Source of the DNA: Lama glama
Taxonomy: Eukaryota
DNA length: 64,000 nt
Assembly: GCA_028534125.1 (NCBI GenBank)
Contig: CM052817.1
Span: forward strand, 86,678,001 to 86,742,000
Direction: 5' to 3'
The notes under the pieces: generated by a model
What the model saw: only the letters and a program-made list of their open reading frames with translations
What the model was told of the DNA's origin: nothing
Database searches by the model: none
Shown here: positions 51,520 to 64,000 of the stretch, in pieces
How positions within the stretch are numbered: position 1 is the first letter of the stretch
Layout of the letters: each line of letters opens with the position of its first letter
Program-made: the position numbers and the translations under genes

Positions 51520-54399
51520 GAATCGTGCTATTCTGAAGGCAAGTAAATACTGTAGTGGAGTTTACTGCTGTCCTGCCCAAACTCATTTTCCTCCAAAGAA
51601 CAAAGTCTATAACTCTAGAAACTATGGGCAAGCACCTGTCAAGACTCAGGTAAGCATGTAGTAGTGTGATGAGATGCACACGAAATTGAAATAGAAATGT
51701 TCCTCTCCGGAGCAGTGGATCACCTTGCTTTACTATCAAATAGTCTCCATATGATCTAATCAAATATTTTAACATTTTAATGGGAATCCATGGTCAGCAT
51801 AATTTGCTCCCTAAGATGACGAAAAAAATAACTGCCTAATCCATTTGTAAATTGTTGCTGCCTTGATTTTTGTGTGATGTCTTACCACAAAGAGCAAGAG
51901 GGGAACTAAAACCACTGAAAGTCTCAGTGAGCACTCCAGGAAAGCACGTATCATGCTTCATAATCCTAGGAAACACAAGATTTAGCTCTTCTTACCGTAG
52001 CATATCATTATCATAACATTAACATTCTAGTTCCTTGTATTTTGTTCCTTTGATGTCTAAAATTAAATTCATTGTTAGTTCACGTTAATGACTTTAGTTA
52101 TGCCCCTTGTAAATAAGCACTTCTTAATGGGAATATTGCATAGATTTCTATTTAACATACAGCTCACCTAGAAGGGCAGTGCTCAGTGGCTCATATCTGG
52201 GTGATTATTTTGTCACTAATAACCTGCTTCTCTAAGGAATAAACCTGTACTTTGAACCATGATGATTCTTAAATCGAAAGTAGCAAAACCTATGGGGAAA
52301 ACGACATTTATAGTTGAAAATATTGATTTATGTATGCCAGAACTTGGTTTCAGGTGTTATTACATCTCACCTGTATGAAATAAGAAAATGAGTTTTCATC
52401 AGTAGAACCTATTATTTGGAATAAATTGGACTTGTGGAATTAAAAGAAGATAGTCGATATACCTTACACCTATACTGTGAAATTCAATCTTAGGTTACCT
52501 TCTTAAAAAGAAACTAGAAGAGGTAATTTTTTTCAACTAGTGATACCAGGCTCCATAAATAGCATGTCTTCAAACATATCACTGATAGCTACACAATATT
52601 CATGACTATTTCTATGTCATAGTATATTTAATGAATTTCAGTTATTCCATATACATATTGCTGTCATTCAGCACACCTGGTTCTTTATTAGTTGTTTGTT
52701 TTTTGGACCAGGCATGAACTAAACACCTAGCTGTTAGGGACCAAGACCTTTGTCTGAGGCATCACAGATCATGCATTAGCAGCTCAAGGAATGCCATTCA
52801 CACATCTGAATTTGAACCTTGTTCCAGGCATGATATTGGCAAAGAAACCATCTAATAAGGGGAAGACCATTTTACCAGGGATAATTTAAATGTTTCAAGA
52901 TCAAAGTCAGCTATAAACTATATTTAAGTTTATGTGTTACAATTAAATGTTAATTTAAGTAAGTAAAATAGAAAACTTGTTATTCAAAGGCCCCTAATGT
53001 TTTTGTAGCTTGATCATAATTAACACAATATGTATGTATTTTGTACTGAAACAGAATCATGGGTTAAGTCAGCAGCCATGTGTTTCACTTAGGGAGGTCA
53101 GTTAAACTAGTAAAAAATATTTTTCATCTGTAGATGGATCTTTTAGCAAAAGATGTATGTAAACATTATCCTGAAAACAGAAGTGGATATCAATTAGAAG
53201 GAGCTATATCATTTACACTAATTCCAACTTTTGGATTAATTACTCAATGTCTGTCTCGTTTGTGGTCAAGTAGGAATTAAAGTGTTTTTTGTTGTTGTTT
53301 TAAGTTTGTGACTTCAAAGGGCATATATTTTGTTTGGGTAACCTGTAATATATTAGTAATTTAAAACTGGTGAGGAAAGAAAGAGAATTTAAATTTATCT
53401 TTGAGCCCTTGTGAGGAACCAAAATTTTTACATATTTTATTTAATTTTCAGAGAACCCAGTAATTCAGACATAATATTTTCCCCTATTATATGAGTGAGC
53501 ATGCTCTAAAAGGGAAACTGAGATCCTAGAGATAAGATATTTTATAGAAGATAAACAGCTCAAAACTTGGCCTTTCAGACACAAAGCTTTTATTTACCTT
53601 GTTAGAGCAGCAGGCGGTTAGTCTTTGCTTTGTCACTATTTCGTAGGAATAATCCAGGTGTATGTGTTTGAGGATGTGTCTTCTTGCAAAACTTTACAAT
53701 TCTTAGAATGAAGGAGTAGAGAGGGATAATTCCAGTCATTTTTCAATGCAGAGATTTTATACCTATCAATAGCATTCATTCTACCAGACTTCTCAGATGT
53801 AATAATAGACCTCAGTCATCCAGAAGCCTTGGAGATTTCTTAAGGTTGAACTGGGAGGCACTGAAGTTCCCCTACTCTACTACAGAACTGTGCATTCCAA
53901 GGCCAGTGATATCATAGAATAGGATGATGTGGAAACGTTTAGTAGGCAAAGGCTGTTTTTTTTGGTATATTTTTTCCCAGTAAACATTAGGAATGTTGAT
54001 ACAGATTTAAAGTTATTGTGCTTATAGGATATGAACAATCACTATACAAATAAATTTAATATATTTATACCATAGAGTAGAAAACATATCCATTACTTCA
54101 TAGATCATAAACTATTATTTCTGGAATGCAAGAGGAGAGAAAATTCTACCATACCCTTATCATTGTTACTCAGAAAAGCCAAACTTTTGGAGGACTTTCT
54201 ATCCTCAACATTCCAGGGGGCTACAAAGCATGCAAATTTAAAGTCCCAGCAGCCCACTGCTCTTGCCTTAGCACCTTTCCATTAAAGATACTTACAAAAA
54301 GTGTCAGAGAGACTGACATTACCTTAGCTTCCTTTCTTTTCTCTGATTGAAGATAACACAACAAAGTTGAAATGTAAGAGAACTATACTTCACAAAAAT

Positions 54400-54560
54400 G
54401 AAAGTGACTTTGTGCAAGCTACCAAACCCTCTCAGCATCACTGCACTCATGTGAAATAAGCACTGATACATCCTTCAAGAATCGTAAGACTGTAATGAGA
54501 TAATTTATTATAGCTCTGAGCCTGGGGGTTGGCACAGAGTATTTCTGTCTTCTAATAAAA
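54400..54560. mobile_element. MIR fragment
   Basis: gtgactttgtgcaagctaccaaaccctctcagcatc...catgtgaaataag...aatgagataat. Confidence 0.55.
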
Positions 54561-55889
54561 TTTTCTACCAACCAATCTATGCCTGCATTTCATTAAAATA
54601 TACTGGCTATTTTAGGTTTTTAATTCAAATATTAAATATTTCAATGGTTCATAGTTGTAATTGATACTGTACGTCTATTTTACGTTACATGTTCCTATAC
54701 ATGTAATTTATAGTTCTGACAAACTTATTAATCAATTAAAGTGATTCGTTTACATAATGAAGGTTGTCAGCAAAATTATTGTTACTTCATTTATCTAAAA
54801 TACAAAGAAGTAAAGAGGCTGACAAATTAAAAACAAACTATGAAGTATGAGTTACAAAAATTCTTACAGTCTTCGAGAAAAATGGAATGCTGTAGACTTG
54901 CACTCATATGTTTATGCTGTATCTTTCTTGTAAGTTATCAAGTGTTGATTATTTTCATTTAAGTTACTGATGTGAGACTATGGTCTATCTGATATATCTG
55001 TAACTAAGAAGCCATTTGAGAAGGTTCCTATTCCACTGTCAAAATGAATCATGCTTGTAATCTCTTAGGCAGTGAAAGGTGATCAATTCCTGCATATAAA
55101 GCACACGTCAGTTTCTATGCTTGTAGTCGTATCTGTCTGTATTCATTGTACAGATTCTTGGAATCATAACTTCGTTGTCTTCAGTAAATCTTTAGTAATT
55201 TTCAGTTTTTATCATTTTATCATTATTTATCATTGTATGAATTTTGGTTTTCTTAATTACTCTTTTATTTATGGAATGAATTTTTACAAATACCTGAGGA
55301 CATTATTTTCATATCATCAATTACTGTTTACAGTTTATAATAGTATATGCTTGGATTATACTTTCTTTTGTTCTCTCATCTATTTCCATGAAAATAACAT
55401 ATTGATAGAAACAGCCTCCATGGGAAAAACTGAAATACAATGGATACTTGAAGTTATAGGTCTATTCATTACAATCTGTGTATACCAACTCCTGTTGTTC
55501 TGCTTATCTGTGAAATGGATCATTAAAAAAAGAAAATAAAAACAAGAGGAACTCATGCATAAGAATGTTAGAAAGCATGATTTCCTAGAATATCTTGGCG
55601 TGCATGACAAAGAGGTTTTGAACACAAAATTCCTAAAAGTATGAATAATTAAAGTCATCAGGAATAACTTACAGTTATCTTCAAAGCATAGAATAGTTGG
55701 TATTCCAGATGAGTTACACAGTGAAATAAATATTTTTGCCATATTAACTATGTATTTGTATTATACATTAAGAATTTTAAAAGTAAAGCTCCTCTCTCTC
55801 TCTCTGTCACTCTCTCCACATACACACAAACATACAAACACACGTATTCTTCAGTATTTTATAAGTGCACAGTGGCTTCAAAAGTTACC

Positions 55890-57690
55890 ATTGGTTTCTG
55901 CTTCCTTATCTATTTGAAACTCTGTTATTAGATACTTAGACAGATTAGTTCATTAGATATTCTGGGTGAACTGTGTCCTTTATCATTATGAAGTGTCCCA
56001 CTTTATCCCTAGTAATATGTCTTGTTCTGAAGTCTGGTTTGTCTAATATTAATATATCTACTCTAGCATTCTTGGTTGGTGTTCGTCTGGTATATTGTTT
56101 CCCATCTTTTAGTTTTTCTCTATCTGTATATTTTAAAATCACTTTCTTGGACATCGTACAGTTGGTCCTTTTTTTCACACTCTGGCAATGCTTGTATTTT
56201 AATTAGCATGGTTTATACCTTCACGCTTCAGTGTGGTAGCCACTAGGAACATGTGGCTGGTGAGCTTTGAAATGTTGCTGAATTGATACATGAGACGTGC
56301 TATAGTGTCAAATGCATTCCAGATTTCAGTGATACAGAATAAAATGGAGACTGTCTCATTAATGCTTTTTATATTGATTACATGTTGAAATAATATTTGT
56401 TTAAATATAATATACTATTAAATTAACCTTTTTATTGCCTAATGTGGATCACAGAAATATTTAAATTATGTTAGTGGCTCCAACTATGTTTATATTGAAC
56501 AGTTTTAGTTTAGGCCACTTACATTTAGGTAAATGGTTTTAAAATCTACCATCTAGTTTATGTTTTCTATTTTTGTGCATTTCTTTTTTCTTCCCACGTC
56601 CATCTTTTTCCCCCTTCTGTTAGATTGTTTTTACGATTCTATACTATGTCCACATTGGCTTTTTAGCTAGAACTCTTTTCAATGGTTGCTCTTGGGTTTA
56701 TAAAATATATCTTTGACTTATTAGAATTTACCTTAAAATAATATTATACTTTACGTAGGATTGAAGATCCTTATAACATTACATATGCTTCCAATTTCCT
56801 CCTCTCATCTTTTGTGCTATTTTGGCTTTATTCTACTTAAATATATGCTCTAAAACCCACCATAAAGAGTCAGTTATCTTTTAAGTTATTAAAAATAAGG
56901 AACACTGGGTCTTCCGTAGACCTACATATTTGCAGTTTAATGCGTTGTTCAATTGTGTGCATACACATTTTCATTTGGTATTATTTTTTCTTTTCCTTAA
57001 AGGACTTCATAAAACATTCTGATAGTACAGGTCAACTGGTGAAGAATTCCCCTAGATTTCATTTCTCTGAAACATCTTTGATTTATCTTTATGTTTGATA
57101 GATATTTTTACTTGGCATAGAATTCTGAGTATGTAATGCTTGTCTTTTCCCCATTATACATAATGTTTGTTTTTGTTTTCTGACTGCTTTTGTCGATGCT
57201 CTTCATTGTTTTCAGTCATTTGATGTGCTTAGTGTGGTTTATTTTATGTCTAAAGTTATTCTAAACTTGTTTTACTTTCTTGTGTCTGGGATTTTATCAT
57301 TTCCATTATACTTAGAAAATTTATGGTTATTATTTCTTTAAATATTTTTTCTCCCCCTCCTCACTGTCATTCTGGAATTTCAATTACAGTATGTGTATGT
57401 ATCCCAGAGGTCACTGAAGGGCTATTCATTTTTTCTGTTCTCAGTCTTGCTTTTTTATTTTGGATAGATAGTGTCTTTTGGTATGACTTCAGACTCACTG
57501 ACATTTTCTTCTGTTATTATCATCCTGTTTATTTTTTAAATAAAACATTTTAATTTTCATATATAGAAGTCCCATTCATGCTTTTTTGTCTTTCATTTCT
57601 CTTTATCATGTTCAAGTTTTCCTGTACATCCTTAAGCCTAATAATAATATTTTATAATTTATAAAACATTTCTGTTTTAAAGTCACCTGC
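55890..57690 (-). mobile_element. Old L1: ORF2 endonuclease start and upstream region
   Basis: Minus ORF 55945-56178 has ARVDILILDKPDFRTRHITRDKVGHFIMIKDTVH (cf. AGVAILISDK..RDKEGHYIMIKGSI). Confidence 0.85.
56219..56507. mobile_element. MER33-like hAT-Charlie MITE inserted in the L1
   Basis: ggtagccactaggaacatgtggct...tattgattacatgttgaaataatatt. Degenerate 8-bp TSD gtttatac/gtttaggc. Confidence 0.8.
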
Positions 57691-57696
57691 CTATTT

Positions 57697-58196
57697 NNNN
57701 NNNNNNNNNNNNNNNNNNNNNNNNNNNNNNNNNNNNNNNNNNNNNNNNNNNNNNNNNNNNNNNNNNNNNNNNNNNNNNNNNNNNNNNNNNNNNNNNNNNN
57801 NNNNNNNNNNNNNNNNNNNNNNNNNNNNNNNNNNNNNNNNNNNNNNNNNNNNNNNNNNNNNNNNNNNNNNNNNNNNNNNNNNNNNNNNNNNNNNNNNNNN
57901 NNNNNNNNNNNNNNNNNNNNNNNNNNNNNNNNNNNNNNNNNNNNNNNNNNNNNNNNNNNNNNNNNNNNNNNNNNNNNNNNNNNNNNNNNNNNNNNNNNNN
58001 NNNNNNNNNNNNNNNNNNNNNNNNNNNNNNNNNNNNNNNNNNNNNNNNNNNNNNNNNNNNNNNNNNNNNNNNNNNNNNNNNNNNNNNNNNNNNNNNNNNN
58101 NNNNNNNNNNNNNNNNNNNNNNNNNNNNNNNNNNNNNNNNNNNNNNNNNNNNNNNNNNNNNNNNNNNNNNNNNNNNNNNNNNNNNNNNNNNNNNNN
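57697..58196. other. Assembly gap (500 N)
   Basis: Run of N. Confidence 1.
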
Positions 58197-61100
58197 TTCT
58201 CTTCCAAGGCACAGGCAGTTACCAGCCAGCTTTTCTCCTCCCCAGTGTTTTTTCATTCTCTGTATTTTCTTAACTAGAAGTTAGTTATTTCAAAAGGAAC
58301 TGATCCTGGATATTTTTTTCCGCTCTCTGCCAATTCACTTCATAGCCTGATGAAAAAAAATTTTTTGATTCTTTTTGGCATCATGATGAAATGTTATCTA
58401 GCTCATTATCTGTTCTCATTCTTCTTCTTTTTTTTTAAACTCGTAACATTGACTAAGAATTTTTCTCCCATTGGACCCTGCAGCCAGGTGATACGTGGTG
58501 GGATGGAATCCAAATAAAGAGATTATTCTTGCCTCCTTCTTTCTGGGACTCTACTGCAATCACAAGACATCCATAACTAATTAAAAGCCAGTTTTTTGGT
58601 CAAATATTATATATTAGTGATGATGATTGGTGATTGAGCTTACAACTAAAAATATGATGTGCTCTTACTTATAGTATTGCTTTCTCAAATTTGTTAGTGC
58701 ATATATAAAACACCAGAGTTTTATCGGTAGAATTTAATCTTAAATCAAAGTATTTATTTTCATCACTTAAAAGAAAATGAATATAGAAATTTTTAAGCAT
58801 TGAAAAAAATGACAGATGATATTTAAATCATCTAGTATTAAACTATGGTAGAACAGAGTTCTATAAATATATTGAAAAATCAAATTTTAAAAAAAATTGC
58901 ACTTTGTGGTGTACAGCTCCTTTGCTTTGCAATTTTTCAGTTACTAAGTTTTTTCTGGACCTACTGAATCATTACAGCCATCAGTGATTGTCCTACTATG
59001 CAGAAGTTTATACTTTCAGGAATTTTTTTTTTATTTTAGTGTTTTTAATATCTTGTAGAAATTATATAATTAAGATGCATTTTTATTATTTCCATTAAAA
59101 AAATCCTACTACCTTGCTTACATTATTCTTCATTTTTGACAATTTTTTTCTGAATATTTTGCTGTCTTTGTGTACAGACAAAGCTAAAAGGGATTATATT
59201 TGGCATGTCACTCTCTTATCACAAATCTTTATTCTTCTTGGATTTTGCTTATATTTTTACCACTTGGACGAAGAACATTCCTAGGCTCAAGGAAGACAGA
59301 GCCATCTCAGCTTTCTATTTCTCTTGCTTCTCCTAAATCAATATTTTGTTTACTGTCCTCCTGTACATGCTCTGATAACATGTTTATGGCATCAGACCTC
59401 AGTCAGACTCACACCTGACTGACAGAGACAGCTGTCACTAACAATGAACTTCTAAGACTGTGACCCTTGCACGTGTGCTTTCTTTTCCTTAAATGTCAAC
59501 ACTGACGTATGAATGGCTCCATTGAAACTTCTTCAGTAACTGAAGGTGATGTCTGGCAAGAGAGGCCCGTGTACTCATAAACAAGAACAGTCTCCCTGAT
59601 CAGGCTGATATTTTATTTATGCTGCACTCTCTTCGCTTCTCCAGGGAGAGTGTTTCTCAGTTCTGTTTTTCAATTATTCCACTGATTTTGGCAGGGCCAA
59701 CACACTCAGCCTAAAATTAGATCATGACTATGAGTATTTTTAAAGCTCTTTGCACCAGGCAGGACTTGAGGACTTTCATTTTTTGGACACAGAATCAGGT
59801 AGTATTGTAGAAGCAAGTATGGTGCAGGGATATTTAAACTCTGTGTCTCTGGAGTCACCCATGGGGCTTATTACAACATGTCCCTCCTCCAGAGACCGTG
59901 ATTCAGACGGTGGTGGTGAGGTTGAGGAATACACATTTAAACGTGAATTCTCAGGAGGCTTTGCTACATGTTGCTGGATCAGTGCTCTGCAGAAACCAAG
60001 CACACTGGAGGAAGCACGATGATTCCTGGTGAGTCAAACCCAGATTTAACCTCAGCAGGAAAATTTTCTAATGTCATAGAATGGCTGTGAGTGTTAAAAG
60101 CCTGGCCTAACTGTTCAGTTACTGTTATTTTCTTCCCATTAGCTAGTATTTTGTTTAATCCAAGAAATGGGCTTTGAATAATCTGGCTTTTTTAAAGTAG
60201 AGCTCCTTCTATTGAAATCAAATAGATCTGTGGACTCTATTAACTGAAAGTCTCCTCCGATATATTTTAAATAATACAGACTTTTTAAAGAAAGGAGGTT
60301 TTACTTAACCTTATATATGTTCCTCAACACAACACACACTATATTTATATTGATACTTCCAGCTTCTTACTTTGTGCCAGTTCATTGATTTTTATTTTTA
60401 AATATCTCATCCTACAGATTTCATATACAGGAGTTAAGCATTTTAATTTTCTTGTCATCTTTGAAGCAATATATCAAATGATTCTCAAAGTTTAGAACAC
60501 ACATAGAACAAGTGCAACTCTACCTTTTGATTGGAATACATTTGACTTGCTCTAAAGGGCAAACTAAACCGTCCTTTTAACAGCTCAATTTATGAGGACA
60601 CAGCAGTTACATGAGAGTTTCTACCAGTAAGCAGAAATGATATGATCACAATCACAGGGAAATATAATGGTATGATGAGAGAAAATGATATAATGTCTAA
60701 AGGCTTCTGAAAAATCCTCATCAATTTCAAGCTTTTACAACCTCCTAATTATACTGTGATTAATGCCATTTGTCTGATGTAGAGAATTATCAACCTAACC
60801 ACATAGCTCAAAGTTGAAATTCCTTGCAGAAGAAAATGTACAATTTCATCCAAAAGAAAAAGCATTTATAACCCCCTCAAAGATAAAATAACCTTGAAGA
60901 TAAAAACAAGAAAAGTTTCAGAATACAACTGCACATTTTCTAATGAAATGACGAAGTTGTTTCTATTCTAGACATCATTTTTGACAAAGTTCCATATCTG
61001 AGGTTAACGACAATGTCTTAAAAGGGCACAAGTTTTGAAGGAGAGTAGAGTTGGTTTAGAAAATTGAAGGAAAAAGAAGGGGAAAATACATGGATAAGTG

Positions 61101-62729
61101 CAGTGTACAGGGCAGTAAATAAGAATAAAAGTGAAAATGGGTAATCAGGAATATGAGTTAGTCTGAAACTCAAATAAGAGGTATATCACCATCAATATGA
61201 GTTGTAAAATGTGTACATGCCTGCTGCTAAATTTTTTCAGGTTATGTCCAAATAAGCATTCAAATAATAATAATAAAAAGAAGTGTCAAAACCTCTCCAT
61301 GCTGAATAATAGTAAATCAGCTTGTTTGTACCTGAAAACATTATTATTTACTGGTTGCCTGAGTAGTCGCTGTTAGAATGTAGTACAAAATATGAAGGAT
61401 GAAAGTGATTTGTATACTCCAAATAAATAAATGAGCAGCAATGGTGGGAGGAAGCACTTGTCACTTCTCATTTCTTTTATTAATGAATTATTCTCCATAC
61501 CCCATCTAAAAAAGGAAGTTATTTAGCTTTAGCCAGTCAACAAGTTGACATCCTCATAATGCACCTTATGATTAATCACAATCAAAATAACAATGAAGCA
61601 TGGACTGTACTCAAAGCAGAGAAAAGTTCTAGAAAAGTTAGAAGTCAGTAGAATATTTTCTCAGTTTTACTTCTAGAGTTTTTCTATTATGCTGTAACTT
61701 AGTAAGCAATCATTGAAGATCTCTCTATAGGCATAGAGAATTAGGTTTTTCTGGGACTTAAGATACACTTATGTTAACAATATAGTTTAAGAATAAAAAA
61801 AGTACTGATGAATATTTACAAAGTATCACATGGGAAAGATAATCTAGCAATGTTTTGGTATTAAGAGTCTTGAGAAAATAAGAGACAATGCAGGGGGCAG
61901 GAATTATACTTAAAAGTGAAACATGTTGATTTTGGTGTTGAACCAGTAGATATATATCTATGCAAAGAAGACAGAAATGGTAGAACTCTGACAGTGAGCC
62001 TAAAAATAAACAAATACTCCAATTTTCTAAAGTAATGGTTGCATATATGGAAGTGATTAGATGAACGGTGCTTAAAAAAAGAAAAAGAAAACAAGGTTTT
62101 TGAACAAGAATTATTGTATAATGATATATTATTTAAAGTAAATTAGTTGTCATTTGTGGGAGGAACTGGAAGGACTGGAGACTAAAGAGAAACCGAGGAT
62201 TTGTTGAAGAGACATCCAAATATGTGAAAGAAGATATAGTAACGGTTACAACCCATCCATAGTCTCACCTTCATGCATTCAATAACCTGTCTTTCCAGCT
62301 CACTTGTATCTTGACTCCAATGATCCTTCAGCTCCACCAGGACTTCCAATGCATTTGGGCTGATCAACTTTGATTTTCTTTAATATTTGATAGCTCTTTG
62401 ATATTTTTGCTTTCCAGCTCCCTACCTGGAACCTGTACCAATGCAGGAAAATGTGGCTAGAGAATAACATACCCCAACAATTGCTACCACTTAAAGATAA
62501 AGTGAGTGCAGTGAGTCAAAAAAGCCACCATGCAATCATACTGTACTTTACTAGTCTACTGACTCTCCCATCTTCAGCATTTCCTCCAGGTTTTCTTTAT
62601 CCTTCACCCCTGAACTTCCTTCCAATCCTCATTCTTTTCCAATAACCTTGCTTTTGAATTCTCTGAGGAAACTGATGTAATCAGAATGAATTTTCCCACA
62701 AATTGACAATCTAGTCACATATTTTGCCT

Positions 62730-62870
62730 TCTTCTTCTTTTTTTTTTTTATCCCTTCCCACCCTCTACCCCCCTGGTAACCACAAGTCTGTATTCTCTGT
62801 CTATGAGTCTATTTCTGTCCTGTATTTACGCCTTGTTTTTGTTTGTTTGTTTGTTTTTGTTTTTTGATTC
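62730..62870 (-). mobile_element. Lineage-specific L1 3'UTR fragment
   Basis: cccttcccaccctctaccccctggtaaccacaagtctgtattctctgtctatgagtct. Confidence 0.75.
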
Positions 62871-63154
62871 ATCTTTTAAGTTACCTGTGTACTTACTAGA
62901 TTCCATACCCTTTCTCCATGTCAAGGATGTCATTCCAGTAAGATTCCACTGGTCCTTTGTCTGTGCTTTAAATTTTCTTTTCATACTCAACTGTATAATT
63001 CCCTTCAGCATAAAAAAGTAAATTCCTCCTGTCTTAACTGAACCTCCCTTTCCCAGAATTCCCCCCAATAGCTATGCACCATTTATTGGCTCAACATTGC
63101 AGCAACATTCATCAAAAAGATGTATATGGTCCTTTCTCCTATCCCGCTCCACGT

Positions 63155-63330
63155 ATTTATTTTGTGTTATAATTGATATAAAACTGCACACATTTAAAGA
63201 GTGCAAATAACTGTTTTAACATATGTATACAGCCATGAAACCATCAACACAATGAAGGCAGTGCACATTATTTGATACATCATCGTATCACTTGGTAATC
63301 CCTCTCTCCTTCCCCTTCTACCTCCACACT
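63155..63330 (-). mobile_element. Old L1 3' end fragment
   Basis: tataattgatataaaactgcacacatttaaagagtgc...catgaaaccatcaacacaat. Confidence 0.65.
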
Positions 63331-63489
63331 TGGTCTTGGGCTTCTCTTTGTTGGGAGGTTTTTGAACTTCAACGGACTGGGTCAGTTTTGAACACCATCA
63401 CTGCAGTAGTAACTGAATTGGTAAGAAATAGTACCTGAATATTTAATAAAATTAGACATTCCCTCAGACTATTTGTGAGGTCTTCATAA

Positions 63490-63560
63490 TTTTTAAAATT
63501 GAAGTATAGTCAGTTTACAATGTTGTGTCAATTTCTAGTGTACATAATTTCATTCAATTT
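63490..63560 (-). mobile_element. Extreme 3' end of a camelid-like L1
   Basis: attgaagtatagtcagtttacaatgttgtgtcaatttctagtgtaca. Confidence 0.7.
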
Positions 63561-64000
63561 GAAAGTAATACAATATGTTTTTTTCCCACATCCAAGTTTA
63601 CGGACTAAAATTCTAAATGTAGCAACATTTTCAACCAAAATAACCAAAAACATGATTTGTCATTTCTGAAGTATTCAGTTATTTTCCATGACCTACTACC
63701 ACATATGTGCTGGAGAAGTCATTTAATAATAGGTTTGCATATTGTTTAAGTCCATATAATTTAGAAGGTAAAGGCATTTTTTATGTGTCTACACCACAGG
63801 TACTGCTGGTATATCTACAGGCAGGAATTTATTTTATTTTTTTACAAAGCGTTTATTTTTCATGTTAGTTTAGGCTAAATATCTCCTGCCTCTCTTCCTC
63901 ATCTTTCTTTCACTATGCTAAATGCATTATTGAGGAATAGTGTTCTAAATATTCTCTTCTCTATTCATAAATAACAAAATGAAAATGTGCCCTTTATAAA

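Noticed and set aside
55072..55742. 155-aa and 120-aa overlapping ORFs
   Set aside because: Low-complexity F/I/L/Y composition from AT-rich DNA, with no motifs or splice support.
59750..60022. 90-aa plus ORF and 75-aa minus ORF
   Set aside because: Non-ATG starts, no recognisable homology and no splice partners.

Overview
AT-rich, CpG-depleted eutherian mammal genomic DNA, probably a cetartiodactyl. The L1 3' ends resemble camelid L1s as I recall them, and I saw no Alu, B1, CAN or Bov SINEs. There are two 500-N assembly gaps. Much of the window is old interspersed repeats: L1, L2, MIR, MLT1/MLT2 and other LTRs, Tigger/MER MITEs, and a fossil hAT-Charlie transposase. None of the six-frame ORFs is a credible gene on its own. 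The main observation is a candidate spliced minus-strand protein-coding gene across about 7.4-30.3 kb, built from very small exons (about 50-83 nt) that the ORF track cannot show. Four core exons (26217-26164, 24525-24443, 21059-21010, 12917-12862) have canonical AG/GT boundaries and chain in frame to QMSQVFKGFLINEVNWKRTDLTSFSRVRWEPLQDILYRMSRMKLQETYLYDSVFNVEGQVEILFSKSIEAALDDFLTKHN. Less certain flanking exons extend this to about 97-166 aa, possibly with a signal peptide. A CpG, GC-box and CCAAT cluster at 29.1-30.2 kb may be its promoter. I do not recognise the protein. Repeat family names come from remembered consensus sequences, not a search, and repeat boundaries are approximate.
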